From NCBI GenBank assembly GCA_965219415.1, contig CBDCNP010000002.1, positions 192,001 through 256,000 on the forward strand: 64,000 bases of DNA, read 5' to 3'. The notes under the pieces were generated by a model, which saw nothing but the letters and a program-made list of their open reading frames with translations, did not search any database and was not told the DNA's origin. This document shows positions 31,561-40,634 of the stretch, one piece after another. This stretch comes from Candidatus Marinacidobacterales bacterium. Lineage in GTDB: Bacteria; Acidobacteriota; Vicinamibacteria; Marinacidobacterales; DATDRI01. How positions within the stretch are numbered: the first letter of the stretch is position 1; the number at the start of each line of letters is the position of its first letter. The position numbers and the translations under genes are program-made.

Positions 31561-32591
31561 CGAAAGTGTGCCAAAAGACTCGAAGGCTTGACCAGACAAA
31601 AGGAGCTCGGCGAGATCGCTGATGTTCCACGGCGAGAACACGCGGTCCAGGCGGAACCTCACCCCTTCGAGGCTTTGCCCACTGTCTGCCAATAACCGTT
31701 GCGGAGAAACGTCCTCCAGCCGTTGGGGCAACTGCAAACGCAATCCCTTCCCATCTAGCTCCTGGGCCGGACTCAACCGCAATCTTTGTGCAGAGAGAAG
31801 TGAGTCCAGCCCGTGCGACTCGAGAAAATCCTTCACCACATCGATGGAGACGGCGAATCCCACATCTTCAGCCTCGGATAGTTTCATGCGGACCACCCCC
31901 AGAGCGTAGCCTTCCTGGCCGACCAACGGACCGCCGCTATTGCCAGGGTTCATCGTGGCGTTGGTTTGGATGTAACGTCCGCGACCCTCTTCATCGGTCC
32001 TCAGCGCCGATACCGTCCCCCTACTCGCACTGACTCGGGGGACGATCTCTGGAATTTTCACCTTCGCCACTTCCACTACTCGACCGAAGGGATAGCCCAG
32101 GACCCGGACCGGATCATTTGGGCTCAATCGCCGTGGAGTCCCCGAAGGGAACGTACGTCAGATCAGCACCGTGGATGGACAACACCGCGAGGCCGAGAGC
32201 CGGGTCGACGGCGTTGATCGAAGCGGTGAACCGCCGGGCGCCTTCCCCATCCGGGCTGCCCGGCCCGCCGGGCCCGCCGGGGAAGACGACCTCGACCTGT
32301 TCGACCTCCACCTTGATGGTGATCTCGGTGTCGCCCTCTTGCTGCGTGAGCTCGCGGTCACCGATCACGTGGTAGTTCGTGAGCACGTGCCCGTAGCGTG
32401 ATATGACGAAGCCGCTCCCGGTCCCCAACTCCACCTCTCTCTGCTCGATAACCTCGTCCCAGGTCTTTCGATACTCGACGCGAACCTGTCCGGTCACCCG
32501 GATGAAGACGGTGGCAGACGCTGTGGCCAGGCTGGGCGCCCAGCGGCGCGGCGCAGAAACAGGCCATCAGCCCGATGGCGAGCTTTCTCAT
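31554..32591 (-). pseudogene. 5' half of an S1C trypsin-like serine protease; frameshifts at ~32520 and ~32122
   Basis: Signal peptide, GSGFVI, TNYHV, GYPFG and NPGNSGGP. Expected catalytic Asp reads Gly (DPALGLAVL). Confidence 0.8.
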
Positions 32592-32700
32592 ACCCTCCAG
32601 GATAACAGGTGTAGGCCACGGGCCGATTCTGTTTCACCCGACAAACCTTTCACTTCGTGGTGGGCGCGCGGCGCGATAAAATAGGCACTTCGGGCAAGAA

Positions 32701-34227
32701 ATGGCTAAGTTCTATCTGACCACAGCGATCGACTACGTCAACAGCCGCCCCCACCTCGGGACGGCCTACGAGAAGATCACCGCCGACGTCATCGCTCGTT
32801 ACAAGCGTCTCGCCGGAGTCGATACGCACTTTCTGATGGGCAACGACGAGCATTCCCTCAACGTTTTCAAGAAGGCGCAAGAGGAGGGTCTGGAACCGTT
32901 AGCCTACTGCGACAAGATGGAAAACGAGTTCCGAGACGTTTGGAAGCGCCTGGACATCTCTTTCGACGATTTCATTCGTACCACCGAGGAGCGGCACCGC
33001 ATCGCGGTCACCACTCTGCTAGAGCGTATCCGTGACGCCGGGGACGTCTACGACGGCGAGTACGAAGGCTGGTATTGTGTTTCCTGCGAGGGCTTCAAAC
33101 AAGAAAAGGACCTGGTCGAGGGAAAATGCCCCCTCCACGGCACCGAGCCCAAGTGGATCAAGGAGAAGAACCACTTCTTTCGGCTCTCCAAGTACCAGGA
33201 GCCGCTCTTGAAGCACTATACGGACCATCCCGAGGCGCTCGAGCCCGAGATACGCCGCAACGAGATTCTCCGCGTCATCGAGGGTGGCCTAGAGGACATC
33301 TCCATCAGCCGCGAAAGCCAGAAATGGGGCATCCCGGTGTCATTCGACCCGGAGAGCGTGGTCTATGTGTGGTTCGATGCACTCATCAATTACATCTCCG
33401 CCGTGGGGTTCGGGCAAGACGACAAGCTCTTCGCACGATGGTGGCCAGCCGATCTCCATGTCATCGGCAAGGATATCACTCGTTTTCATTCCATCATTTG
33501 GCCGGCGATGTTGATGAGCGCCGGTGTCCCTGTCCCTAGGCAGGTCTTCGGCCACGGTTTCGTCTACTTCAAGGGCGAAAAAATGAGCAAGTCCTTGGGT
33601 ACCGTCGTGGATCCGCTGGATGCCGCGGATCGGTTCGGACCCGATCCACTGAGGCTCTATGTGATCCGCGAAATCGCATATGGCCAAGATGGCGATTTTT
33701 CCTGGGTGCGGTTCGAAACTCGATACAACGCCGATCTCGCCAACAACCTGGGCAACCTCGTGAGTCGCATCACCTCCATGTCGCAGAAATATCGAAACGG
33801 GGACCTTGGCTCATACACCGGTTCGCCGGGGCGGCTGGCTAAGATCGCAGAGGAGTCCCTCGCGAGTTACCAAGAGTCAATGGATCGCTTCGCTCTCCAG
33901 GACGGAGCGGCGGCGGCGTTCCGTCTCATCGACGCGACCAATGAGTTCATCACCGAACGTCAGCCTTGGGCGCTGGCCAAGGTCTCGGCAAAGGAGGAAG
34001 AGCTCCGCCAGGTCCTTTACGAGTCGGCGGAGGCACTTCGCATTTCAGCGACCCTGCTGTTCCCGGTGATGCCGAGTTCGTGTGCGACGATCTTGAGTAG
34101 GTTGGGGATGGCCAAGCCAGCAGCGGAGCTGCGCCTAGATTCGGATGCCATCTGGGGAAGCGGAGGAAGTCTCAAAACAAAGAAGGGGGAGCCCCTCTGG
34201 CCACGTTTGGAAGCCAAGAGTGCGTGA
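32701..34227 (+). CDS. metG: Methionine--tRNA ligase (short form without C-terminal dimerisation domain)
   Basis: YVNSRPHLG, CVSCE..CPLH knuckle, YVWFDAL, GKDI and KMSKS. Confidence 0.96.
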   Translation: MAKFYLTTAIDYVNSRPHLGTAYEKITADVIARYKRLAGVDTHFLMGNDEHSLNVFKKAQEEGLEPLAYCDKMENEFRDVWKRLDISFDDFIRTTEERHRIAVTTLLERIRDAGDVYDGEYEGWYCVSCEGFKQEKDLVEGKCPLHGTEPKWIKEKNHFFRLSKYQEPLLKHYTDHPEALEPEIRRNEILRVIEGGLEDISISRESQKWGIPVSFDPESVVYVWFDALINYISAVGFGQDDKLFARWWPADLHVIGKDITRFHSIIWPAMLMSAGVPVPRQVFGHGFVYFKGEKMSKSLGTVVDPLDAADRFGPDPLRLYVIREIAYGQDGDFSWVRFETRYNADLANNLGNLVSRITSMSQKYRNGDLGSYTGSPGRLAKIAEESLASYQESMDRFALQDGAAAAFRLIDATNEFITERQPWALAKVSAKEEELRQVLYESAEALRISATLLFPVMPSSCATILSRLGMAKPAAELRLDSDAIWGSGGSLKTKKGEPLWPRLEAKSA

Positions 34228-34244
34228 GCCAACACAGGAGGACC

Positions 34245-35762
34245 ATGAAGACTAGACACTTTCTGGCCACTACCGCGGTACTACTCGCGTTTTCCGGCCC
34301 TCAGGCAACGGCGCAGAGCCTCGCCGAGTTCGAAAAATCGGTCACAGAGCATACGCTCGAGAACGGAATGAGATTCTTCATTGTTGAGCGGCGCGAGGTC
34401 CCGGTGATGTCTTTCCACATCTACGCCGATGTCGGCTCCGTCGACGAGGATAACGGCATGAGCGGTATGGCCCACATGTTCGAGCATATGGCCTTCAAAG
34501 GCACGAAAGACATCGGCACCACCGACTACGTCGCGGAAAGAAAGGCACTGGATAAAGTGGACGAGCTGGTCGCCGCGATTCAAGAAGAGCGGCTAAAGGG
34601 CGATCGAGCCGACACCGAGCGCCTCGAGCAACTCGAAAACGAATTTAAGGAAGCACAACGCGCCGCCAACGACTTCGTCATCAACAATAAATTCAGCGAG
34701 ATCGTCGAGGAGAACGGCGCGGTGGGCCTCAATGCCACAACATCGATGGACGCCACTCGCTACTTCTACAGCCTTCCATCGAACAAACTGGAGCTCTGGT
34801 TCTCGCTCGAGTCGGACCGCTTCTTGAACCCGGTATTACGTGACTTCTACAAGGAGAGGGGCGTCGTCATCGAGGAGCGACGGATGCGGGTCGAGAGCCA
34901 GCCGGTCGGAAACCTTCTCGAGGACTTCTTGTCGGTGGCATACAAAGCCCATCCCTATAGCCGGAACACGATTGGATGGTACTCCGATCTAGATAACCTC
35001 ACCCGGCCCGCGGCGAGGGAGTTCTTTCGCCGCTTCTATACTCCGTCGAACTTGACCGCTTTCATCGTAGGGGATGTCGACTCCGGCGAGGTCATCCGCC
35101 TCGCGGAGCTTTATTTCGGCCGACTGCCCGTAGGTCCTCCGCCACAGGGATTGTGGACCCGAGAGCCGCCTCAAGAAGGTGAGCGACGGACCACCGTCTA
35201 CGCGCAGTCTCAACCTCTTGTCCTCATGGGTTATCACAAGCCCGACGTGACCCATCCCGACGACGCCGTTTTCGACGCCGTCCAAGACATCCTGTCCGGT
35301 GGGCGCACGTCTCGCCTTTACCGAAGCTTGGTCGAGGACAAGAAGATCGCCGTAGCCGCGGGCGGCTTCCCCGGGTTTCCCGGTAACAAATACCCGAATC
35401 TGTTCTTGTTTTTCGCCTTCCCAACCCCTGGTCATACCAACGAGAAGAGCGAAGAAGCCATGCTGGCCGAGATCGAGCTGCTGAAGTCCGAGCTGGTCGC
35501 CGAAGACGAGCTTGAGCGGCTCAAGCAGCGTGCGCGGGCTCGTCTCATCGCGCAGCTCGATTCCAACTCAGGACTGGCGGGCCAGCTTGCCGCCTACCAA
35601 GTTCTCACCGGGGATTGGCGCAACCGTTTTCATACGCTGGACGACATCGACAACGTCACGCGAGAAGACATTCAGCGTATCGCCCAAACCTATTTCACGG
35701 AACGGAACCGCACGGTCGGATACTTGCTGACGGACCGAGCGGAACAGCCCACCGGCCGCTAG
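34245..35762 (+). CDS. M16 zinc peptidase (catalytic subunit)
   Basis: HMFEH (HXXEH) motif; signal peptide. Confidence 0.92.
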   Translation: MKTRHFLATTAVLLAFSGPQATAQSLAEFEKSVTEHTLENGMRFFIVERREVPVMSFHIYADVGSVDEDNGMSGMAHMFEHMAFKGTKDIGTTDYVAERKALDKVDELVAAIQEERLKGDRADTERLEQLENEFKEAQRAANDFVINNKFSEIVEENGAVGLNATTSMDATRYFYSLPSNKLELWFSLESDRFLNPVLRDFYKERGVVIEERRMRVESQPVGNLLEDFLSVAYKAHPYSRNTIGWYSDLDNLTRPAAREFFRRFYTPSNLTAFIVGDVDSGEVIRLAELYFGRLPVGPPPQGLWTREPPQEGERRTTVYAQSQPLVLMGYHKPDVTHPDDAVFDAVQDILSGGRTSRLYRSLVEDKKIAVAAGGFPGFPGNKYPNLFLFFAFPTPGHTNEKSEEAMLAEIELLKSELVAEDELERLKQRARARLIAQLDSNSGLAGQLAAYQVLTGDWRNRFHTLDDIDNVTREDIQRIAQTYFTERNRTVGYLLTDRAEQPTGR

Positions 35763-35772
35763 GAGAGGTGTC

Positions 35773-37254
35773 ATGAAAAGACAAGCGCGACGAAACCACC
35801 ACCTCACCAGCGTTGCTTTCGCCATCGGCACTCTGCTCGGCTGGGGCGCATCGGTGAGCGCTCAAAAATCATACGATGAGCTGACCTATCCCCCCCTCCG
35901 CGACATCCAGGTTCCCGAGGTGGCCCGGACCGAGCTTCCGAATGGCTTGGTGCTCTACCTTATCGAGGATCACACCTTACCCAAGGTCCGAGGCTTCGCC
36001 CTTATACGCACCGGCGACCTCTGGGAACCAGCGGACAAGGTCGGCCTCGCCAGCATCGTCGGACAAGTCATGAGGATCGGGGGAACCGCGATGCATAGCG
36101 GAGACCAAATCAACAAGATGCTCGAAGACGTCGGCGCCTCCGTCGAGATCGGTATTGGTGAAACTTCCGGCACCGCTTCCTTGTTCGCTCTCAAGGAAAA
36201 CCTGCCCATGGTCCTAGGTGTCCTAGCCGACATCCTGCAGAACCCGGCCTTTGCCCCGGACAAGATCCAGTTGGCCAAGGTGAGGATGCAAAGCGGCATC
36301 GCACGGAGAAACGACGACGTCGCGGGTATTGCGAATCGGGAGTTCCAGAAATTACTTTACGGAAGCGACAGCCCATTTGCTCGAAGTGTGGAGCACGCCA
36401 CGGTCGCCAATATCACGCGGACAGACCTCGTTCAGTTTCACGCGCGTTACTTCCACCCCAATCAGATAGCCCTCGGCCTGTGGGGAGACTTCGACAGTGG
36501 CGCGGTTCGAACACATGTCGAGAAACTCTTTGGTTTATGGGAGCGCAAAAACGTCGACATCCCACCGGTACCCAAGGTCGACACCCCTCTTGCGGCCTCA
36601 GTCAACTACGTCTCGAAGGACGACATCAACCAGACCAACCTCCGCATTGGCCACCTCGGTAGCCGTAGGGACGATTCCGACTACTTCGCAATGAGCTTGA
36701 TGGCTGAAATTCTGGGTGGAGGCTTTTCTTCCCGCCTCTTCAAGCTCATCCGATCGGAGCAGGGACTCGCCTACCGTGTTGGCGCCTCATGGAACGCCGC
36801 TTGGGATCGACCCGGGACTTTCTCCGTCGTGTGTAACACGAAATCCGAGACCACCCTGCAGGCGACAACCGAGATACTGAAAGAAGTGCGGCGCATCACG
36901 GAGGAGCCCGTCACCGACGACGAGCTTCGTCTCGCGAAGGACGGGATCTTGAACTCCTTCGTTTTCAACTTCGATTCGAAGGGTGAAATCGTCCGCCGTT
37001 TGATGATCTACGAGTACCACGGCTACCCGAAGGATTTCTTGGAGCAGTATCGTTCCAACATCGAAAAAGTATCGGCGGCCGACATTCTCCGGGCGGCCAA
37101 GAAGCACATCAAACCAGACGGTCTCACCATCCTAGCGGTGGGTCGAGGGCAGGACTTCGACAAGCCTCTCGACACTCTGGGTGAGGTCAATACCATCGAC
37201 ATCAGCATCCCGCCCCCGCCTCAAAAGGCCAAAGGGGAAGTTTCGGGGCGATAG
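35773..37254 (+). CDS. M16 peptidase partner subunit (non-catalytic)
   Basis: LPNGL, SSRLF..IR..GLAY; lacks HXXEH. Confidence 0.9.
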   Translation: MKRQARRNHHLTSVAFAIGTLLGWGASVSAQKSYDELTYPPLRDIQVPEVARTELPNGLVLYLIEDHTLPKVRGFALIRTGDLWEPADKVGLASIVGQVMRIGGTAMHSGDQINKMLEDVGASVEIGIGETSGTASLFALKENLPMVLGVLADILQNPAFAPDKIQLAKVRMQSGIARRNDDVAGIANREFQKLLYGSDSPFARSVEHATVANITRTDLVQFHARYFHPNQIALGLWGDFDSGAVRTHVEKLFGLWERKNVDIPPVPKVDTPLAASVNYVSKDDINQTNLRIGHLGSRRDDSDYFAMSLMAEILGGGFSSRLFKLIRSEQGLAYRVGASWNAAWDRPGTFSVVCNTKSETTLQATTEILKEVRRITEEPVTDDELRLAKDGILNSFVFNFDSKGEIVRRLMIYEYHGYPKDFLEQYRSNIEKVSAADILRAAKKHIKPDGLTILAVGRGQDFDKPLDTLGEVNTIDISIPPPPQKAKGEVSGR

Positions 37255-37261
37255 GCGCCGC

Positions 37262-37767
37262 TCACGAGGCGAATACGGCGCCAACGATAAACCAGAACGC
37301 GACGTAGAAGATAACGCCGATTCCGCATACGGCGGCGGCGCGACCGATGTCGGTGTAGCTCAATGCCGCCTTGGCGGCAAATACGGTGGCGACGATCATC
37401 CATATACTCGCCGCAAAAACCAAGAAAGGTCCGAGCACCGGGACGATTCCAAGGATGCGAGCAATGCCTGGCGCCGCACCGAAACCCATCGGCCTGAGGA
37501 ATTTATTGAAGTCGGCTTCCGTTTGCCCTTCGGGTAGAAGCTTGGTGCCCACTAGGAAGATAACGCCAGCCCAAACCAACCAGCTCACGACTCCTCGAAT
37601 AACGCCGCCTACCAGGCCGACGCCAAACCCTCCGACACCCGCAGCGAGAGCCGACACGGCAACAACTGCGATCGCCTGGTTGAAGGCATTGGGGTCGGCT
37701 TTGATCTCCGCGTACGCTCGGGATCGAGCTTTGCTGCGCCGACTATCCTCTCCTGGAAACTCGCCAT
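37262..37767 (-). CDS. YIP1-family membrane protein; frameshift at ~37720
   Basis: GGAGG RBS, MASFQERIVGAAKLD start, then a multi-TM ORF (GFGAAPG). Confidence 0.7.
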
Positions 37768-37872
37768 GTGCTCCCTCCTGTCACGAAAATCTCATGGTAC
37801 TCGATCGGCGCCTGGCTAGGCCTAATTAGAGCAACGAGCCAGTTTGGCGCCCATCAGGGTGTGAGATGCGCT

Positions 37873-38745
37873 TTACTTGGTCGCGTTGAAGGCCTTCAAG
37901 ACTGCTAGTAGGTCACTACTGGTATAGGTGATCTCCCAGTCCCCGGTCCTTGTCGCCCCCGGGTAGAGGGCACCATCGTTGATCGTTTCCTCACGCTTCA
38001 GCTGGAGCTTCATGGTGTAAGGTGGGCTCAACTTGAACGCCTCGTACTGTGCCCGGTTCCGCACCGCCTTTTCGACACCGGCACGGATCCGCTCCCGCGC
38101 GACTTCAGGGTGCAGATTCACGGCTACCGGACCAATCGCGTCTTTCACCGCCACCGTCTCGATATCCCCCACCAGTCCCTTGATCTGCTCACAAACCGCC
38201 TTGTCCCCCGCGACGAACACCACCGGGACGTCATAGAGCCCGGCGATGAGAGCGTTGTAACCACCCTCGGGTAGAGAAACTCCATTGATCGAGAAATCTG
38301 ACACGTTCCCGTTCGATGTGTGCTCCAGAATGGCGTCGGGAGTTCCCGCCTTGGCGTGATAGCCGATGAAAATTGCCGCATCAAAGGACTCATCGATTGG
38401 CAGCATCATGTTCTTGGGCCCCGGGTCGAGCCCACGAACAAGAAGAGCGTTCCGATTCAGCTCTTCCGGAAGCAGGTTCGTTTTCGAGCCATGGGAGTCT
38501 CGCACCACAACCTCCGTCGCTCCCGCGGCCAGCGCACCTTCGATGGCGGCGTTGGCTTCCTTGGTCATGACCTTCCGGAAGTATTGGTACTGGCTCCCGG
38601 AGCTGCCTGTACCCTCCCGGTCTACGACGCCGGTAATGCCCTCCATGTCCACAGAGATGAAGACCTTCAAGCCATCTTGCGCGGAGCCGAAAGCGGCCAT
38701 TCCCAGACAAGCCATAACGGATACGGTCCAAGTCAATCGTCTCAT
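37873..38745 (-). CDS. dppA: Second M55 D-aminopeptidase (DppA-like), secreted
   Basis: ISVDMEG, DSHG, IGYHA and EHT motifs. Confidence 0.88.
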   Translation of the reverse strand: MRRLTWTVSVMACLGMAAFGSAQDGLKVFISVDMEGITGVVDREGTGSSGSQYQYFRKVMTKEANAAIEGALAAGATEVVVRDSHGSKTNLLPEELNRNALLVRGLDPGPKNMMLPIDESFDAAIFIGYHAKAGTPDAILEHTSNGNVSDFSINGVSLPEGGYNALIAGLYDVPVVFVAGDKAVCEQIKGLVGDIETVAVKDAIGPVAVNLHPEVARERIRAGVEKAVRNRAQYEAFKLSPPYTMKLQLKREETINDGALYPGATRTGDWEITYTSSDLLAVLKAFNATK

Positions 38746-38747
38746 AC

Positions 38748-40472
38748 TTACCTCTCCATCCATCCCGACGTTTCTGATCCCGTCGGGGCGTTCTTCATGA
38801 TGTGCTCGGCCATCGATTCGACGAGCTCGGCGTTGGTCATGGGACGCCAACCGTGTCCCTTCTTCGGCCGACCATGAATCACTTCCCCGCCGTAATGCGG
38901 ATCCTTGGTGGCCTCCAAGAAATCCTCCATTAGATAGACCGCGTAGGGCAGATAAAACTGATCCGTCTCTGGATTGTAGATGCGGATCTTCCCCACCAGA
39001 TCGGGGCCGATCTTCGGCCAGTTCGTTTCAGTGTAATGGCGCAGATCGTAACCCTTGTCTCTCATGTACCGCGCTACTTCGACATCGATCTCGCCGGTTT
39101 TCTTGTCCCAAAGGAGTTTCGGATAACCATCGTCTCCAACCGGTCCATAGGCCGCATTCCAGATGTCGAGCTGCCCGCCGGATCTTCCCTTCGTACCTTG
39201 GGCCAGCTCGAGCTGGCTTATCTGACGCACCTTGCCCACCGGCTGGCCTTCCGTCGTTCGCTGAAACATCCGTTCGGGTGCGCCCGGCACCGAACCCGGC
39301 ACGATGAACGCATTATCGTCCTCGTAGATGTTGATGAGCTGATAACGGCGGAAATCGATAGGGTCGGGAAAAAAAGTCCACGTTCCGCCGAAGAATTTCG
39401 GGTGGTAGACCTGGAGGGCCAGGGACATCCACCCGCCGGTGGAGCCTCCGGTAAGGACGCGCGCGTAGGGTTTGGGAATGATCCGGAAGTTCTCTTCGAG
39501 ATACGGGATGAGCTCGGTGAGGAGTGCGTCTGCATACGGTCCGTTGTTCGCCGAGTTCACACCGTAGGAATCGTCAAAGTAGGGTGTTGGGTGCTGGAAC
39601 GTGATGGCGAACATGCGGGGGAACGAGTCCCCGCTCCAAGCTTTGTAGAAGTCGTAACCGGTGTCCATCTTGCCGCCCGCCGCCTCCATCATGTCCTGGA
39701 ACAAATCATTCTGCTCTGGCGGCTCGGTCATGAAACCGAAGGCGGGGTTCAAGCTGAAATGATTCTGCTGATACACAACGGGGTAATAGGCATCGGGATT
39801 CTCGCTGTACCCTTTGGGAAGCAGCACCGTCGCGCCGATTTCGATCGGATGTCCCCAGAACTCGGTAAGCAGCTTGCTCGGAAACTTGACTCGCTTCACC
39901 CACTCCGTATCTCTTGGCTCGCGCAGCGGAGGGATGGTGTCGACGAGCTCTAGGGTAATGGTCTTACTTGCGGCGGGATCCAGGTGAACGCGCCCCGGTG
40001 TACTGACGAGATTGCCCGGCGAGAACGCCCAGCGCTGGCCTTCCCACTGATCCATGGGAACCCAGATGACGTGACCATCAGATCGCCGAAACTCGGTGTA
40101 CACATGGAGGACGGCCTGAACGTAATACTCACCCGCCGGGAGCTCCTTCAAGCTCCATAGAGGGTATCCGATGGCGGTTGCGTCGATGACCGCTGTCTGA
40201 CCGGGCTCCAAACCCTCGACGTCAGTTGCGAAGAAGGGCATGCGACCGTCTCGGCGACGCGCCGAGTTGTACGCGGCGATGCGCGGAACCGGATCGTCGG
40301 TCGGGCTCACGGTAAGGAACATTCGTCCCGTGAGCGGCCCCTCGCTCAGAGTCTCGCCGAAAGAGATTTCGAAACGCAGCCCGCCGTTCTGAGACATCGG
40401 GCGGGCCGTCGATGCCATCGATAAAAGACCGAGGGTCATCAAACCCATCAAGACAACGCTTTTGGCTCTCAA
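38748..40472 (-). CDS. Exported alpha/beta-hydrolase (esterase-like) protein
   Basis: Signal peptide, DDSYGVNSANNGPY and GGSTGGW nucleophile motif. Confidence 0.8.
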   Translation of the reverse strand: MRAKSVVLMGLMTLGLLSMASTARPMSQNGGLRFEISFGETLSEGPLTGRMFLTVSPTDDPVPRIAAYNSARRRDGRMPFFATDVEGLEPGQTAVIDATAIGYPLWSLKELPAGEYYVQAVLHVYTEFRRSDGHVIWVPMDQWEGQRWAFSPGNLVSTPGRVHLDPAASKTITLELVDTIPPLREPRDTEWVKRVKFPSKLLTEFWGHPIEIGATVLLPKGYSENPDAYYPVVYQQNHFSLNPAFGFMTEPPEQNDLFQDMMEAAGGKMDTGYDFYKAWSGDSFPRMFAITFQHPTPYFDDSYGVNSANNGPYADALLTELIPYLEENFRIIPKPYARVLTGGSTGGWMSLALQVYHPKFFGGTWTFFPDPIDFRRYQLINIYEDDNAFIVPGSVPGAPERMFQRTTEGQPVGKVRQISQLELAQGTKGRSGGQLDIWNAAYGPVGDDGYPKLLWDKKTGEIDVEVARYMRDKGYDLRHYTETNWPKIGPDLVGKIRIYNPETDQFYLPYAVYLMEDFLEATKDPHYGGEVIHGRPKKGHGWRPMTNAELVESMAEHIMKNAPTGSETSGWMER

Positions 40473-40634
40473 TGAAGCTCCTTCATCTTCAGGTCGGCAT
40501 CAGATCGGCTGATAGGCTAATCGAATGGAAGGCGCGCAGCAAACGCCCTTGTTGATTGCGAAGGGGCGGAATCCAAGCGAGGCGGTATTCTAGACGAAAC
40601 CTAACTCTCGCTCGGTGACGACGAACAGGAGCTC

